NCBI RefSeq assembly: GCF_036321535.1
Contig: NC_087436.1
Location: 98,706,001-98,770,000 of the forward strand
DNA from: Camelus dromedarius
Lineage: Eukaryota
Direction: 5' to 3'
DNA: 64,000 nucleotides
The stretch's first letter is position 1, and every line of letters starts with the position of its first letter. A model generated the notes under the pieces. That model saw only the letters and a list, made by a program, of their open reading frames with translations. It did no database searches and had not been told where the DNA came from. Positions 39,465 through 51,462 of the stretch are shown in pieces. The translations under genes and the position numbers were made by a program.

Positions 39465-39640
39465 GTGAAAATTAAAAAGGGGCACAAAAACCATTGAAGG
39501 TGATAAATATGTTTATTTTCCTAATTGTAGTGATGCTTTCACAGAATATACATATGTCAAACTATATAAAATCATACATTTTAAATGTATGCAGTTTATT
39601 GTCTGTTAATTACATCTTAATAAGTCTGTTAAAAACTAAA
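39465..39640 (+). mobile_element. L1MC/ME 3'UTR terminus
   Basis: GGTGATAAATATGTTTATTTTCCTAATTGTAGTGATG...ATGCAGTTTATTGT...AATAAG. Confidence 0.8.
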
Positions 39641-39719
39641 ATGGTTCTATTAGGGTGCTATGTTTTGGGGTAGATTGTTACACAGCAATGAGTAACTAGA
39701 AGAGTGTTATAATACCCAT

Positions 39720-40369
39720 GTTCCCTTTCCCTTGGGTTGGGTGGCTTTGAGCCTAAGCTCTTCACTGGCTCTTGGAGATTCCTAAGTGGTAACTTGGTTG
39801 CTAAGAAATCCTTTTGCCCATTTGTATATGGGTCAGTTAGGCTTTGGTAAAGCTCCAGTCAGTTAAGCTCTGGTAAAATAGATTCCCTGTAGGACAGGTC
39901 TTGTTAAGGAGAGCTGTAGACATATTTCAAAATGGTTATTTTCCCCAACCACTGCTGGAAGCACAAGGTGATGTGTCTCTGTTGGAATTAGAACCTGGAG
40001 AGCTCCTGGAGGTAAAACTCACAAAAGTATTTGATATTCCCCAAGACTGGACCCCCCCTGGAATTTATAATGCTCACATTAGTACACAAGGAGCCTCCAG
40101 CAATTCCTCAACTACAATTTAAGAGCAAGACTGCTCCAGCTACAGTCTTTGCTTCTGGACTTCTGCTCCAGTAAGTTATGAATTGTGATTCTCTGTTTCT
40201 GCCTGTCTTTCTCTCCAGTTTTCAGAGCAGGCAGCAGTTTGCCCTAGATTTTCAATTCTTTGATGTATGTATTAAGAGTTTTTGATTTTCAGTTTGATCA
40301 TCTACTTGTTGTAAGGAAAGGAGTGACAATGTTTAAGCTCTTTATATGTCAGAACAGAAACCAGGAGTC
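39720..40369 (-). mobile_element. Old LINE-1 5'UTR start
   Basis: Minus strand starts GACTCCTGGTTTCTGTTCTGACATATAAAGAGCTT...GTCACTCC...AAACTGAAAATCAA, recalled as an L1M 5' terminus. Confidence 0.65.
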
Positions 40370-41590
40370 TAATGTATTTCATAAAATAGTTCATCCAAGA
40401 GCAGATTATACAAACTTCTCACATTCTCACATGGAACTTTCACCAAGATAGATCACATTCCAGGCCATAAAACACACCTTCACAAATCTAAAATAATCAT
40501 GCAAAATTAATTCTCAGATTATAGGAAATAAGGGGGTTCATAACCACTATACCTGCCTTATAAGAAATGCTAAAGGGAATTCTTCAAATTGAAATGAAAG
40601 GATGCTAATTAATAACATGAAAACATACTCATGTATAAAACTCACTGAAAAAGAAAATATGTAGTCAAATTCAGAATACCCTATTACTGTAATGTTGCTG
40701 TATAAAACACTTTTATCTCTAGTATAAAAGTTGAAAACCAATAATATTAAAAATAACTTTAACTACAATAATCTTTAATAATGCACAATATAAAAAACTG
40801 TAAAGTGTGACATCAGTAGCATAAAATGTAGAAGGAGGAGAAGGAAAACTCTAGATTTTTTGTATACAGTGGAAGCTAAGTTGTGGCCAGTTTAAAATAG
40901 ACTGTTCGATATATACAATATTTTACATAAGCCTCAGGGTAACAACAAAGAAAAACCTATAGTAGTTACATAAAAGATACATTGAAAGGAATTAAAACAT
41001 ACCATTACCAACAATAAATTACAAAGGAAAACAGTAAGAAAGGAAGAGAGTAACATAGACACTTTTTAAAAAGCAGAGAACAAGTAATGACATGGTAGTA
41101 GTAAGTCCTTATCTACCAATAATTATTTTAAATAAAAAGGAACTAAATTATCCAATCAAAGCCACAAATGGCCAAATGAAAAAAACACAAGACCCAACAA
41201 CATGCTGCCTACAAGGGATTCACTTTCACTCTAAGGACATGCATAGTTATGAAGGTAAAGAGATGGGAAAATATGTTTCAGGCAAATGGTAACCAAAAGA
41301 GAACAGAGGTGGCTACACTTAGATAAGATAGTTAAAATCAGTTACAAGAGTGGCAAAGAAAAGTCACTAAATAGTAATAAGGAAATCAATTGAACAAGAG
41401 TATACAATAATGATAAATATACACGTAGATAAACAACAATTATAAATATACAGCATTGGAGTACTAAATATTTAAAGCAAATATTAAAAGACTAGGAGGG
41501 AAAAATGCAGCAATAAAATAATAGTAGGACCTTAAATGTGCCACTTTCAACATTGGCTAGATCATCTAGACAGAAAATTAATAAACAGCA
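40370..41590 (+). mobile_element. LINE-1 ORF1 end, inter-ORF spacer and ORF2 endonuclease fragments
   Basis: ORF 41092..41292 (MVVVSPYLPIIILNKKELNYPIK...QDPTTCCLQGIH) matches the L1 ORF2p N-terminus (SIITLNVNGLNSPIK...DP.ICCLQETH). ACCTGCCTTATAAGAAATGCTAAAGGGA is the ORF1 end. Confidence 0.88.
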
Positions 41591-41798
41591 GATGCAAATA
41601 CAGCTATGCTCAGGTACTAAGACTATTTCTTTTCTATTAGTATACAATTAATCACATTATAACTGGTATTAACGATTCTACCTATTTTGTTGTCTTGAAT
41701 ATTTACTATGTCATTTAACTTAGTCACTAACGTCTCTAAATCTTTCTTTTTCACCGCAAAAAGACTTTGAAACTCTTCTTCTGAAACAAAGCCTTTCT

Positions 41799-41928
41799 GG
41801 GAGAGGTTGTAGCTCCGTGGAAGAGTGTGTTCTTAACATTCACGAGGTCCTGGGTTCAATCCCCAGTACCTCTATTAATAAATAAATAAATAAACATAAT
41901 TGCCCCCCCCCAAAGACCTTAGGAAATA
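41799..41928 (+). mobile_element. tRNA-derived SINE (camelid vic-1 type)
   Basis: A box TAGCTCCGTGG, B box GGTTCAATCCC and (AAAT)n tail. 15-bp TSD AAACAAAGC(C/T)TTTCT at 41784-41798 and 41929-41943. Confidence 0.9.
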
Positions 41929-43999
41929 AAACAAAGCTTTTCTAATGCCTGGAGCTGCAAGTTAAACCAGGAAAAAAAAAAAAAAGAAGAAGAAGAAGAA
42001 GAAAAGAGAAAAAGAAACATCTAATTTCAAAAACCAACTGCTTTAAAAAATTATTTTAGCTTTACAGACTAGAGAAAACCTTCAAAAGGAGAAGTTATGA
42101 TCCAAGCAATCATATTTAGCTGCCAAGAAAAGGCTATTTGATGATGTGTCATTTCACCAGGAAATAGAACACCTTATTTGTCTGGAAAAAATAATTTAGT
42201 GAGTTATTTGAAGTGATGGAAGTAATCTGAATGACAGCTTAAGTTTAAAAAAAAAATTGCTAAACTGATCAGCATACTAAAGAGGAGAATAATTCGGAAT
42301 GACATGAACAAATGGCAGGAGGAAGCCAGGAATTTAAGGGCTAGTTATTGCTAGAATGAGTGGTAATGGGGGGAATTGCCAATACTAGTAAAAGAAAGAG
42401 GTAAATTGGGGGTGAGAGATGACTTTTTTTTGGTTAAAAAATTGTTCTCTGTGAAACATGAATCGTTTATGTAATACATAAAAGCATACGAGGTACGGCC
42501 GTGTGGGGTTTATTGATGAAAAAGTGGATGATCTATATTTGACAAAGTCATTTCCCAAGTTTCCCCTCTATATATCCAACTATTCAAATACTTTGTGAAT
42601 ATTTTAATCTTCAAGGAATTTGACAGGCTCATTGAGAATACATCCTGGAACTGCATGAAAATGCCAAAGGAGACTTTAAGAGACCATGCAAAGATTGTGG
42701 AAGAAAATATTACCAACAGCACATAAAAGCAGAGTATGAATAAAGCAAAAGAAACAATCAGAGTGTGATTCAAGGAACAGAAGTTCTTTAAGGAGACAAA
42801 GAGCATAGACAGAGGTGCTTGGATATTGGTGATAAAATGCTGGGGCCTAATCAAAGGAGAGCTGTTAGAAATGGCTGGTTTGGGAAGTATTTCTTTCTGA
42901 AAAATATTTCTGCTGGAGTTAAAATTTGTGGACTGTGTTAACAGTAGGATTCTGAAGCATCGGCAATCAAGTGAACAGACGGGATACAACTGTAATCAGG
43001 TTACGTAGAGAGGATGCTTTAAAGAAGCACTGAAGCACAAATTCAAATGACACAGCACAACTGTGCAGAGCAACAGCTGCAGCCAGGCCCCTGGCACTTA
43101 CTTACGACTCCTGTCAAGCAGCGCCCTCAGACAAATTTGATTTGTGGCACTTAAACGATGGTGTCAAAAGGAAAGCAAAGGTGGCGTGTAAGCTAACAAG
43201 GCTAAAGGCCACCTTCATTCAGAAGCAAAGCCAATCGTTTTCCCCTCTACTACTCAGTCATTCCTTTCAGATAAACTTCTTTAAATGTTCAGCCCTTGTG
43301 ACATCAACATCTCTTCTCTATTTAGATTTTTTTTTTTTTGAGTAAAAATTACTTATTTTATTATTGGGTACTAATCGTTGCTGCCTCACTTTTTGAGTTG
43401 GTCTACCCTGAACATTGCTTTTAAAACAGCCCTTCTAAGGTTTGAATTGGCCTGTGGTCCGATTTGTCCCAACAACAGATTTGTAAAGGCATTTTTTTTT
43501 TTTTAACCAAAGTGTGAATTGAGGTGTCCTCTCTTGTACTGAAATAAAACATTTTGTGTTTTACACTTTACATGATCTGTAACAGTTGTTGTTATTTCTG
43601 AGTAAACACTTGAAAATACAGCATCTTAAGGATTCTGCAACTGACATGTCAAAATATAAAGAGATATAATATCTACACATTTATATTGCATCATTTGCAA
43701 ATACTATTGCAGTCAGGCAGATGTATTTGCATGTGTTGTCTTAAGGGTTCACATCTTTGTGTAAGCTAGGGATTTATTTCTTAGAGTCTGGGTGAATGTT
43801 TGTCCATTTAAAGACTCTCAGGATAGTGCTATGTTTGATCTGAGATAGTTCTGTCTCCAAAAATGTCTTCTGAAGAGACATTTTCAAAACTTAAGTCAGA
43901 AATTTGCTTTACTTTACTCAGAACCTCAGAACCAATGAGGTCCATTAGAGACTGTATCAAAACTCAAATGAGCCCTCTGATTCCAAGGTCAAGAACCTG

Positions 44000-44232
44000 G
44001 CTCTGGTAAGAGACTTGTATATTTCAACCCACTCTCCATCAATTACTAGCTTTCACTTAGTCTTTGGGGCAAAGTACTTAACCTTTCTAAGTCTTAGTCG
44101 TCTTTTCTAGAAAACTGGGAAATAATAATATTCACCTTACAGATTTGGTTTAAAGATTAATCAAATTAATTTATATAAAATATTTAGGCCTGTGGCATTG
44201 TAAGCATTTCTATGAATGTTAGTTTCTGTTAC
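44000..44232 (+). mobile_element. MIR SINE
   Basis: TTGGGGCAAAGTACTTAACCTTTCTAAGTCTTAGT..TCTTTTCTAGAAAACTGGGAAATAATAATA (MIR core). Confidence 0.8.
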
Positions 44233-46369
44233 TTTTTAGATAAAAGAATTACTTAATGCATCACATTACTAAGACTTTTGTTTTGCTATGATATTGTATA
44301 TGATTATCTGTGCCTATAAATGAATGATGCTCATTTCCAACATGGGAACTAATATGAATCTTATGAAGGTCGGTCAAAACTGCATACATATTGGTTGATT
44401 GATATGAGCAACTACAACACTGCTGACAAAGAAAGTGTAACTAATATAATTATGCCATGGGGTATCTCCTCTAAGGAAATGTATTCATGAGAATCAAACT
44501 CAGCATTAAAACAAGGACAATTATTTATATAAGTATTGTCTAAAAGGCCAATGATAGCGCAGTCATATATTTAATCTTCTCTAAAATAAGAAGAGTAAAA
44601 CTTTCATCAGCATGATTTTATTCCAAGGACAATGATACATGTTGTATTTTCTTAGGTTACATAGCTAACTATGACGTGATTTCAAACACAATTTTTACTA
44701 CTCCAGAGTACTTAAAAGGTTGTAAGACTTTTGAGGGAGCTGCCACGTATTCATTTTTTAATGTAATGAGTATATCAAATATTTAAGTGATTTATACATT
44801 GTTTCCAAAATTGATTGATTTCAGTAATAAGTATTTTAGAAGTTGTGTTCATTGTACTGCTTGACTAGTGAAGATGTTCCTTTGAAGCCATACTTGGATT
44901 AGAGAGATTGGCAGTTTTATGACTTTTGTACATCTTATTATAGACTTGTAGTCCAATGCCGTAGCGCCCTTGAAGGAGGGGCGAGGCACTGCTGGATGCA
45001 CAGTTCTAGTCAAGTGGTTCTTGAAAGGACCCTCACGGGCATTAGCTCTTTTAATCATCTGTGACTTTTGCAGCTATTGCACAAGGTTGCAATTCTACAA
45101 ACAGGGATTCCCATCATGATTGCCAGCGAATATCCTTTGATTATAACATGTGTCTTGAATAGATTAGTGCCCTGAAGCAGAATTCATTCTGTCAGCAAGA
45201 AACAAACATATGGGGTTTCAGTTGCTCAAACTACTACCTTATTGAGCTTAACTAGTTGTTGTTGAGTTTAACAAGGAAGTGTCTTGAATCAACTGTGGGT
45301 AAAATTCTGGGAGGGAAAAATAAAGCTTAGTTTAAATGCCTAGAAATACTCTAAAGATTTTTTTATTAGAATCAGTTGAAGCACAACTGATATACTTCCT
45401 GTTATACACAATATTTCAAATAACAGACATTCCAGCTCTTTCAACAACCATAAAAGATCCAATGACACATAAAAACCTAAATTGCAGTGCCACTGATTCC
45501 TACTATTTATGAAGTGCAGCTTAGATGCTTAGAATCAACAAGAATGATTCTTCTCATCTCTAGGGCACACAGATTTATAGTATTTCATACTCAATACAAG
45601 GAAACACATATTCTTAAGCTACAAAATATATATACATTTGATGTACGTATATTTAATATACAACACAGGATACCATTCATAGTCTCATGTTTCAACGTCA
45701 GATAGTTTCCTTCTTTTATATTGCTACTGGTTTCTTTTATATTTTTGGTTTGTGTTAAAGATATTAAAGCAAACTTACTTATAACAGCAGATTGAAATGA
45801 CAGGGGTCTGAAGATTGCATAAAGTGGGCATACATAAATTTGTCAATTCTTATAAAATACTTACTTTGACCTGTTAAGTTAATACACAGGAGGAAACCTG
45901 GTAAAAGAAAAATGTCTTAGACTTTGACTCAAGTAATTACAGGATCATATTCTTTTATTTGGAATCTTAGTGACCTTAGGTAAATTACTTAACCTGTAAG
46001 TTGCTTAGCCCTCAATCAGTCACTGTGGGCTACTCTTCAGCAGGGAGTTTACCTCCTGCGAGGCAGCTTCCTTCAGACACAGGCAATACTTGAGGAAGGA
46101 GATGACCCCAACCATCTCCAGCACTCCCAGCGCGTGTTATGACTACCTGAAGGGGGATCTAAGCAGAGGGCCACAGCCCTCAGGACAGGCAATGATTTTG
46201 CTAATTCTTCTCTCTTTTTCAAAACCAAATTTTCAACCCAAAGTAATAAGCCTCTCCTCTCTAAATCTCATAGATCACATCTGTACAAAAATTTCCTCCA
46301 TTATTGTCATTGTTTTACACTACTTTCTAATCATTCACTTCCTGCAAAAATAATAAAATAAAATAGAGA

Positions 46370-46622
46370 TGCAATGGTTTAGCAATTAAGAGTGTGGAGT
46401 TTGGAGACAGACCGCCTGGATTCATGCCTTAGTTTTATCAATTATTTAGCCATGAGAAATTAGTGAAGGTTTATCTTTCTCTATCTTGATTTCCTGATCC
46501 ACAAGATGGTGGTAATGACAGTACTTAGATCATAGGTGGTAAGGATTTGATGAGGTTAAAACAACACAGAGAAATCCCTTATGGGCACCTGACAATCATG
46601 TAAGTATCAACTTTTATTACTA
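46370..46622 (+). mobile_element. MIR SINE, inserted among plus-strand L2 fragments (about 46190-47250)
   Basis: AAGAGTGTGGAGTTTGGAGACAGACCGCCTGGATTCA...TTTCCTGATCCACAAGATGG. Confidence 0.8.
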
Positions 46623-47703
46623 TGTCCTAGGCTGTGTTGCAGAATCCTCCTTGCTGTGACTTAGTATTTATTACCATACTTTGAAGGTTTTCAATTAATC
46701 GAAGAAAATGAATTCAAATCCACTATTAGCTTTTAAGAGTTTTGTAACATTCAAATCCCTCCCAGAATTGTTTTATTACATGAAAAAGGGAAAAACAAAA
46801 ACGAAACCTTTCTACCTAGTGAGTTTATTTTGAAAACCACATATGGTAATACACATGAAAATGCTCCTATCCTCCAGCCAAGAAATTCTTTTTAATGTTT
46901 ATCACATACCATGCTTTCTCCTGTCCCAGATCTTTTGCACAAGGCAGTTTTGCCTAGCGTTCTTCCTTGTTTTGCTCCTATCTTTGACTTCTAGTTGCTC
47001 ACCAAGCTTCAGGTTTATGGTTCCCCATTGAATTCCTATAGCATCTTGGTTAGTGCCACACACCCATGCTCCCCTAACACCTTGTAACTAATAATAGCGT
47101 CACGTTTATCCCACTTTTTTGTGACAGTTCTGTCGGAGGCTTTTTGTTGTTTTTTGGATGACTTGACGAGGTTCTTCTAAAAGAAAGCCTGATTTATCAC
47201 TTTGCTGTTCCCAAGCCTGGTCCAGCATCTGGATCACTCATTAATGAGTTGGGGTTGGGGGAGGAAGGATGGGATGGGACAGGACTGAGCCAAAGCTTCC
47301 AAAAACAGTTGGATCCCAGGAAATGACTCAAGATATCAAGTAAGATACTCATTTCCATTTTACAAGTAGAAATTGATCTCACTTTCTGCCAAAATTATCA
47401 AAACCATTCTTTCTTAGATTGCATTTCTCAACACTACTTCAAAATTATACTCATTGCTTTGCTCAATAGCTCAGCACTGATCAAAGCAAACTCCCTTCTC
47501 TATCCCGAATGACCTTCTTAAAAAGTATGTTCATAGTGCAGGTGATTTTTGAATAGTTCTTATTAAACATGACAGAAAAAAATACTTAAAAGTAGAAGAC
47601 TACATGAAGTGACTTAGTCTTTTAAATAAATTATATCATCCTAGCTGGAGGTACATACACATACACCCTACAGGTAATAATGCCGATGGCGATTAGAGTT
47701 CAT

Positions 47704-47970
47704 TTTTTTTATTGAAATATAGTCGATTTACCATATTGTGTTAGTTTCAAGTATATAGCAAAGTGATTCAATAATACATATACATATATATATTCTTTTT
47801 CAGATTCTTTCTATTATAGGTTATTACAAGATATTGAATACAGTTCCTTGTGTTCCTTGTATAAACAACAAACTATAATTCAAAAAGATATATGCACCCC
47901 AATGCTCATAGCAACACTGTTTACAATAGCCAAAACTTGGAAATAACCTAAACGCCCATTGACATGAGTG
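47704..47970 (-). mobile_element. Short 5'-inverted LINE-1 insertion with TSD
   Basis: Antisense L1 tail at 47704 to about 47852, then a sense ORF2-end piece at about 47870-47968. TSD GAGTTCAT at 47696-47703 and 47971-47978. Confidence 0.85.
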
Positions 47971-49439
47971 GAGTTCATAGTTTTATGAGTCGTTGTAAGG
48001 GCAACTAAAAATTTCCAGCAGATCCGATATTTCTTACATTGCATTTGCATTTATAGTTGGAACTGGAGAATTGATCAAACTCATTTTTCTGAGGACTACA
48101 ATAGAGTGAAAATAAGAGAATATGACATGGGGCATTATAGGTGTCACAACACTTGGAAAACCATAATCACTCTTAGGAATGACTATACTATTGGATTAGT
48201 ATTTGCAATTTATTTTTAGAAATAGGCCCTGTTTTTTATTATAACAGCTATGTGCCATCCTTTTTAGAGGTTTTTTTTTTTTTCCTTCTAACTCTATGGT
48301 GGTTCTTTTTGAGAATCTGGTTACTATAGTATCCTTTAATTAGCAATGCTTTCCACATTACATCTATTGTAAAAAGAAGATTGAAATAGAACAGGAATTG
48401 CCAAAAACTAATGGGCCAAATTGTGTTTAGCAATGCATTCCTTCCCATTTTCATTACTTTCGTTGACTTTGCAGAGTTAGGAGCAGTGCTTCTGGGTCAA
48501 GTGAAGTTTCACATGCAAGGTTTGGTAAGTTTCATTCCCATTTAAACCTTCATTAAGCCCCCAAATTTAGCTATGCTCTTCTAGAGACCAGTGGTTCATT
48601 CATTAATAAGTAGAAGTAGCAGTACTGCTTACTGACCCACACATATTTTCACAGCAATATGGGGATAATGATGTCGTCCCTTACTTTACCAGTGATGTAG
48701 ATTTCACTCTCAATTATCCAGGAGTGATTGTCCTTTTTGCTCATTATTTCTAACCTTCACTTCTTCCTTTTCCCTTGTCTTAATATTTTTGGAATTTGCA
48801 TTGTACCAGCAGAAAATGGAGAAGGAAAAATTGATGAAATGTAGAATACAAATGAGTTCAAGTGCACAAAGATTGTCTCTCAGACCTATTATGCTTGCCT
48901 GAAATCTACTCCTCTTGTTCTACATGTTTTACATTTAAATAAAATCCTCATATGAATATACTCAGTGGATTGGCTAGGTCTTTCAGACATTCAAATGCGG
49001 GAAAACAGTACAGCACCGCATTGACTACTCTGGGTAATATTGGAATATTATTTCAGGCCTTTCTAATGTGGATAGAAAATGTGGTAAGGTTGGTAAACAA
49101 CTCCAATCTGGTTGAATGAAACTCCAAAAGATAAGGCAACATCAAATAGGTGATTCAGAGTAGAACAAATGTATTCCTCCCTGGAGATGCAAGTGTTTAC
49201 CAGGTTCAAGGATCTATTCTGATCCAGCTGAAGGAAAATCTTGCATGGTCTTCTTTTTGTGTTTTGACTGAGGGAAGTTATAGGGTCCCCACGATGCCCA
49301 ATTCTTTCTCTGCATCCTGCAGGAGGAAAATTGATCCCTGCAGGAAATACTTGCTTCCAGGTTGTTCTTATTAAATGGAGTCAACACTTATCCCTATATT
49401 TTCTCTTATTTGTTGCTTCTCACAAATATGCTTTTTGTA

Positions 49440-49668
49440 TTAAGTTCATGTATGTTCTTAGAAGGGAGATGATGCACAGTTCAAATTCTACCTGTAAAAC
49501 TAGCTAAATGTGATAGTTTTTGTACAGTTTGTTACATTACAGTCCCTATCTGTAAAATTAGGAATAATACTACTACTTCCCTCATGGAATTTTACACATT
49601 AATGACACAATGCATGAAAAACCCTAACACAACGCTGGTTTATGAGCCTTCCATAAATGCTAGCTTAT
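49440..49668 (+). mobile_element. MIR SINE
   Basis: CCCTATCTGTAAAATTAGGAATAATACTACTACTTCCCTCATGGA...ATAAATGCTAGCTTATT. Confidence 0.75.
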
Positions 49669-49889
49669 TTGATATTTCTAGTCAGGTGGTCAGGCAGTCT
49701 AAATCTTCTCCACAAAGGCAGGCTCTACAGAATTAATTTTGTGCTAAGTTCATACTAAGAATATATAGTCCGTATGCTCAGAATATCTAGTCCTAAGTCA
49801 TGTTTAACTGGTGGACTTTAACATATGTAGCACCATCATATTCCAACGAGACCAAAAATGACTGCTTGCCTCAAAAATCAACATGACCA

Positions 49890-50045
49890 TCTTCTGTATA
49901 GCACAGGGAACTATATTCAGTATCTTCTAGTAATCTACAATGAAAAAGAACATGAAAATGAATCTATGTATATGTATATATGTATGACTAAAACAGTACA
50001 CCAGAAATTGATACATTGTAACTGACAATACTTAAGTTAAAAAAC
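49890..50045 (+). mobile_element. 5'-truncated young LINE-1 3' tail with 16-bp TSD
   Basis: CTGTATAGCACAGGGAACTATATTCAGTATCTT...ACACCAGAAATTGATACATTGTAACTGAC. TSD AAAATCAACAT(G/A)ACCA at 49874-49889 and 50046-50061. Confidence 0.9.
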
Positions 50046-51049
50046 AAAATCAACATAACCAAAGTCACTTGTATATGTGGTCCCAGGAAATATCCTTGTG
50101 ACTACCCGGTTTCCTTTTCTTGCAGATCACTAATGTGCTCTTTCCTGGACATTACACAGCAAAATACAGCACCTAAGTCCCAGGCAGACATCATTGGATG
50201 CTCTTCCTGAACTCTTTTCCATATTTGAGCTAAAATCATTGCAATTCAAATTTCAAACGGGTTCTTTTCCGTTTAGGTGAACACTTGAATCAGTATTTTA
50301 TATCTTATCACTACCATATTTTTTTGAAGATTTGGAGGGAAAGAGATAAAACTATAGAACTAATAATAAATATAGAGGTTTAAATCTTGAAATGTTCACT
50401 ATCGGTTTCCATTTGTCTTTGAAATCAAACATTGACAACTTTACAAATATTCGGTTGACACTAAGTAAAATGATAGCATTCGCTTTAGAGTTAGAAAACA
50501 TACATGCACAGTACAAGATTTCAATACACTTGACCTGTGTTACTCCTTTTGAAATACTTTCTTTGTGTGAGACTAGGAGGGCATTCTACATGATTATTAG
50601 CTTCATAGCCATTTAAACTATTTGAAAGGAAGTGCATTATTTAAGAATAGCACATCAAAGGGGACTGTCAAGACTTGGTGAAATTTTATTAATGACTCAG
50701 GTGGTTTAATAAAACATCATACCCACTGAAAGCTCAAATCTGTTTGGCAAGAACGATATTTTTGAATTGAAAATTAGATATTGCTGGAATGATTTTGCCC
50801 TTTTGAAAGAAACAGCAAGTAGAAAGAATCTACTTTCCTTTCATATTAAATTAAATGTCACCAAAGTCACTAGTACCTTCAGTTTCTTTTTAGAAAGTTC
50901 AAGCAATTAGAATTGTAAGAACTCTGTAAGCTTTTAAAAATAAATGATTGAATTTTTGTATGGTGTATCAAATGTAAGAGAAATCTAACCATCAATAAAA
51001 ATATTGTTTGATAGGCATTTGTTAAACACAAAGAACTAAGAAGGCGTTT

Positions 51050-51462
51050 ACGATGATGCCACAGGAAGACCTCCTGTGCCTACTCCTGTAGACACAACAG
51101 ACAAACACCTGCATATGGACTAGTTCCCTCTGGAAAGAACTGAGAACTAGCTGAGCACCTACCAGCTTCCACAACAAAGAAAAATGACTACATCAAAATG
51201 GTAGGAGAAATCTGTTGTTTATCCATTTTATATATAGTAGTTAGTATCTGCAAATCTCAAACTCCCAATATATCCCTTCCCACCCTTTCTCCCCCATGTA
51301 TGACTATACTTCAGTTAAAAAAAAAAAAAAAAAAAGGGTAGGAGAGACAGAGAAAGGTTCTCACCAAAAACCCCTGGGCTGATGGCTACACAATAGAGAA
51401 GGATCTTACTGGAAGGTCTTTTCTCCTGGAGGAGCAGGGGCATGGGCCCCCATCAGACACCC
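51050..51462 (+). mobile_element. LINE-1 5'UTR-like fragment, interrupted at 51209-51331
   Basis: GATGATGCCACAGGAAGACC...GAGAACTAGCTGA...GGTAGGAGAGACAGAGA resembles laurasiatherian L1 5' ends. Confidence 0.55.
51209..51331 (+). mobile_element. Minimal 5'-inverted LINE-1 insertion with TSD
   Basis: Inverted 3'UTR piece at 51209-51296, then sense TGACTATACTTCAGTT and poly(A). TSD AAAA(T/G)GGTAGGAGA at 51195-51208 and 51332-51345. Confidence 0.88.

Noticed and set aside
41799..41872. tRNA-like sequence
   Set aside because: The AT-rich tail, TSD, degenerate stems and a second dispersed copy show it is a SINE head rather than a tRNA gene.
42510..42989. Longest ORF in the track (159 aa, minus strand)
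   Set aside because: Non-ATG start, F/L/S/I-rich composition typical of AT-rich non-coding DNA, no recognisable domain and no supporting exon structure.
43118..43135. CTCF-like GCAGCGCCCTC (similar partial matches at about 10695 and 44960)
   Set aside because: Only the GGGCGC half matches, with several mismatches in the CCASYAG half.
48618..48629. 12-bp palindrome AGCAGTACTGCT (and a small hairpin near 50817)
   Set aside because: Palindromes of this size are expected by chance in 64 kb.
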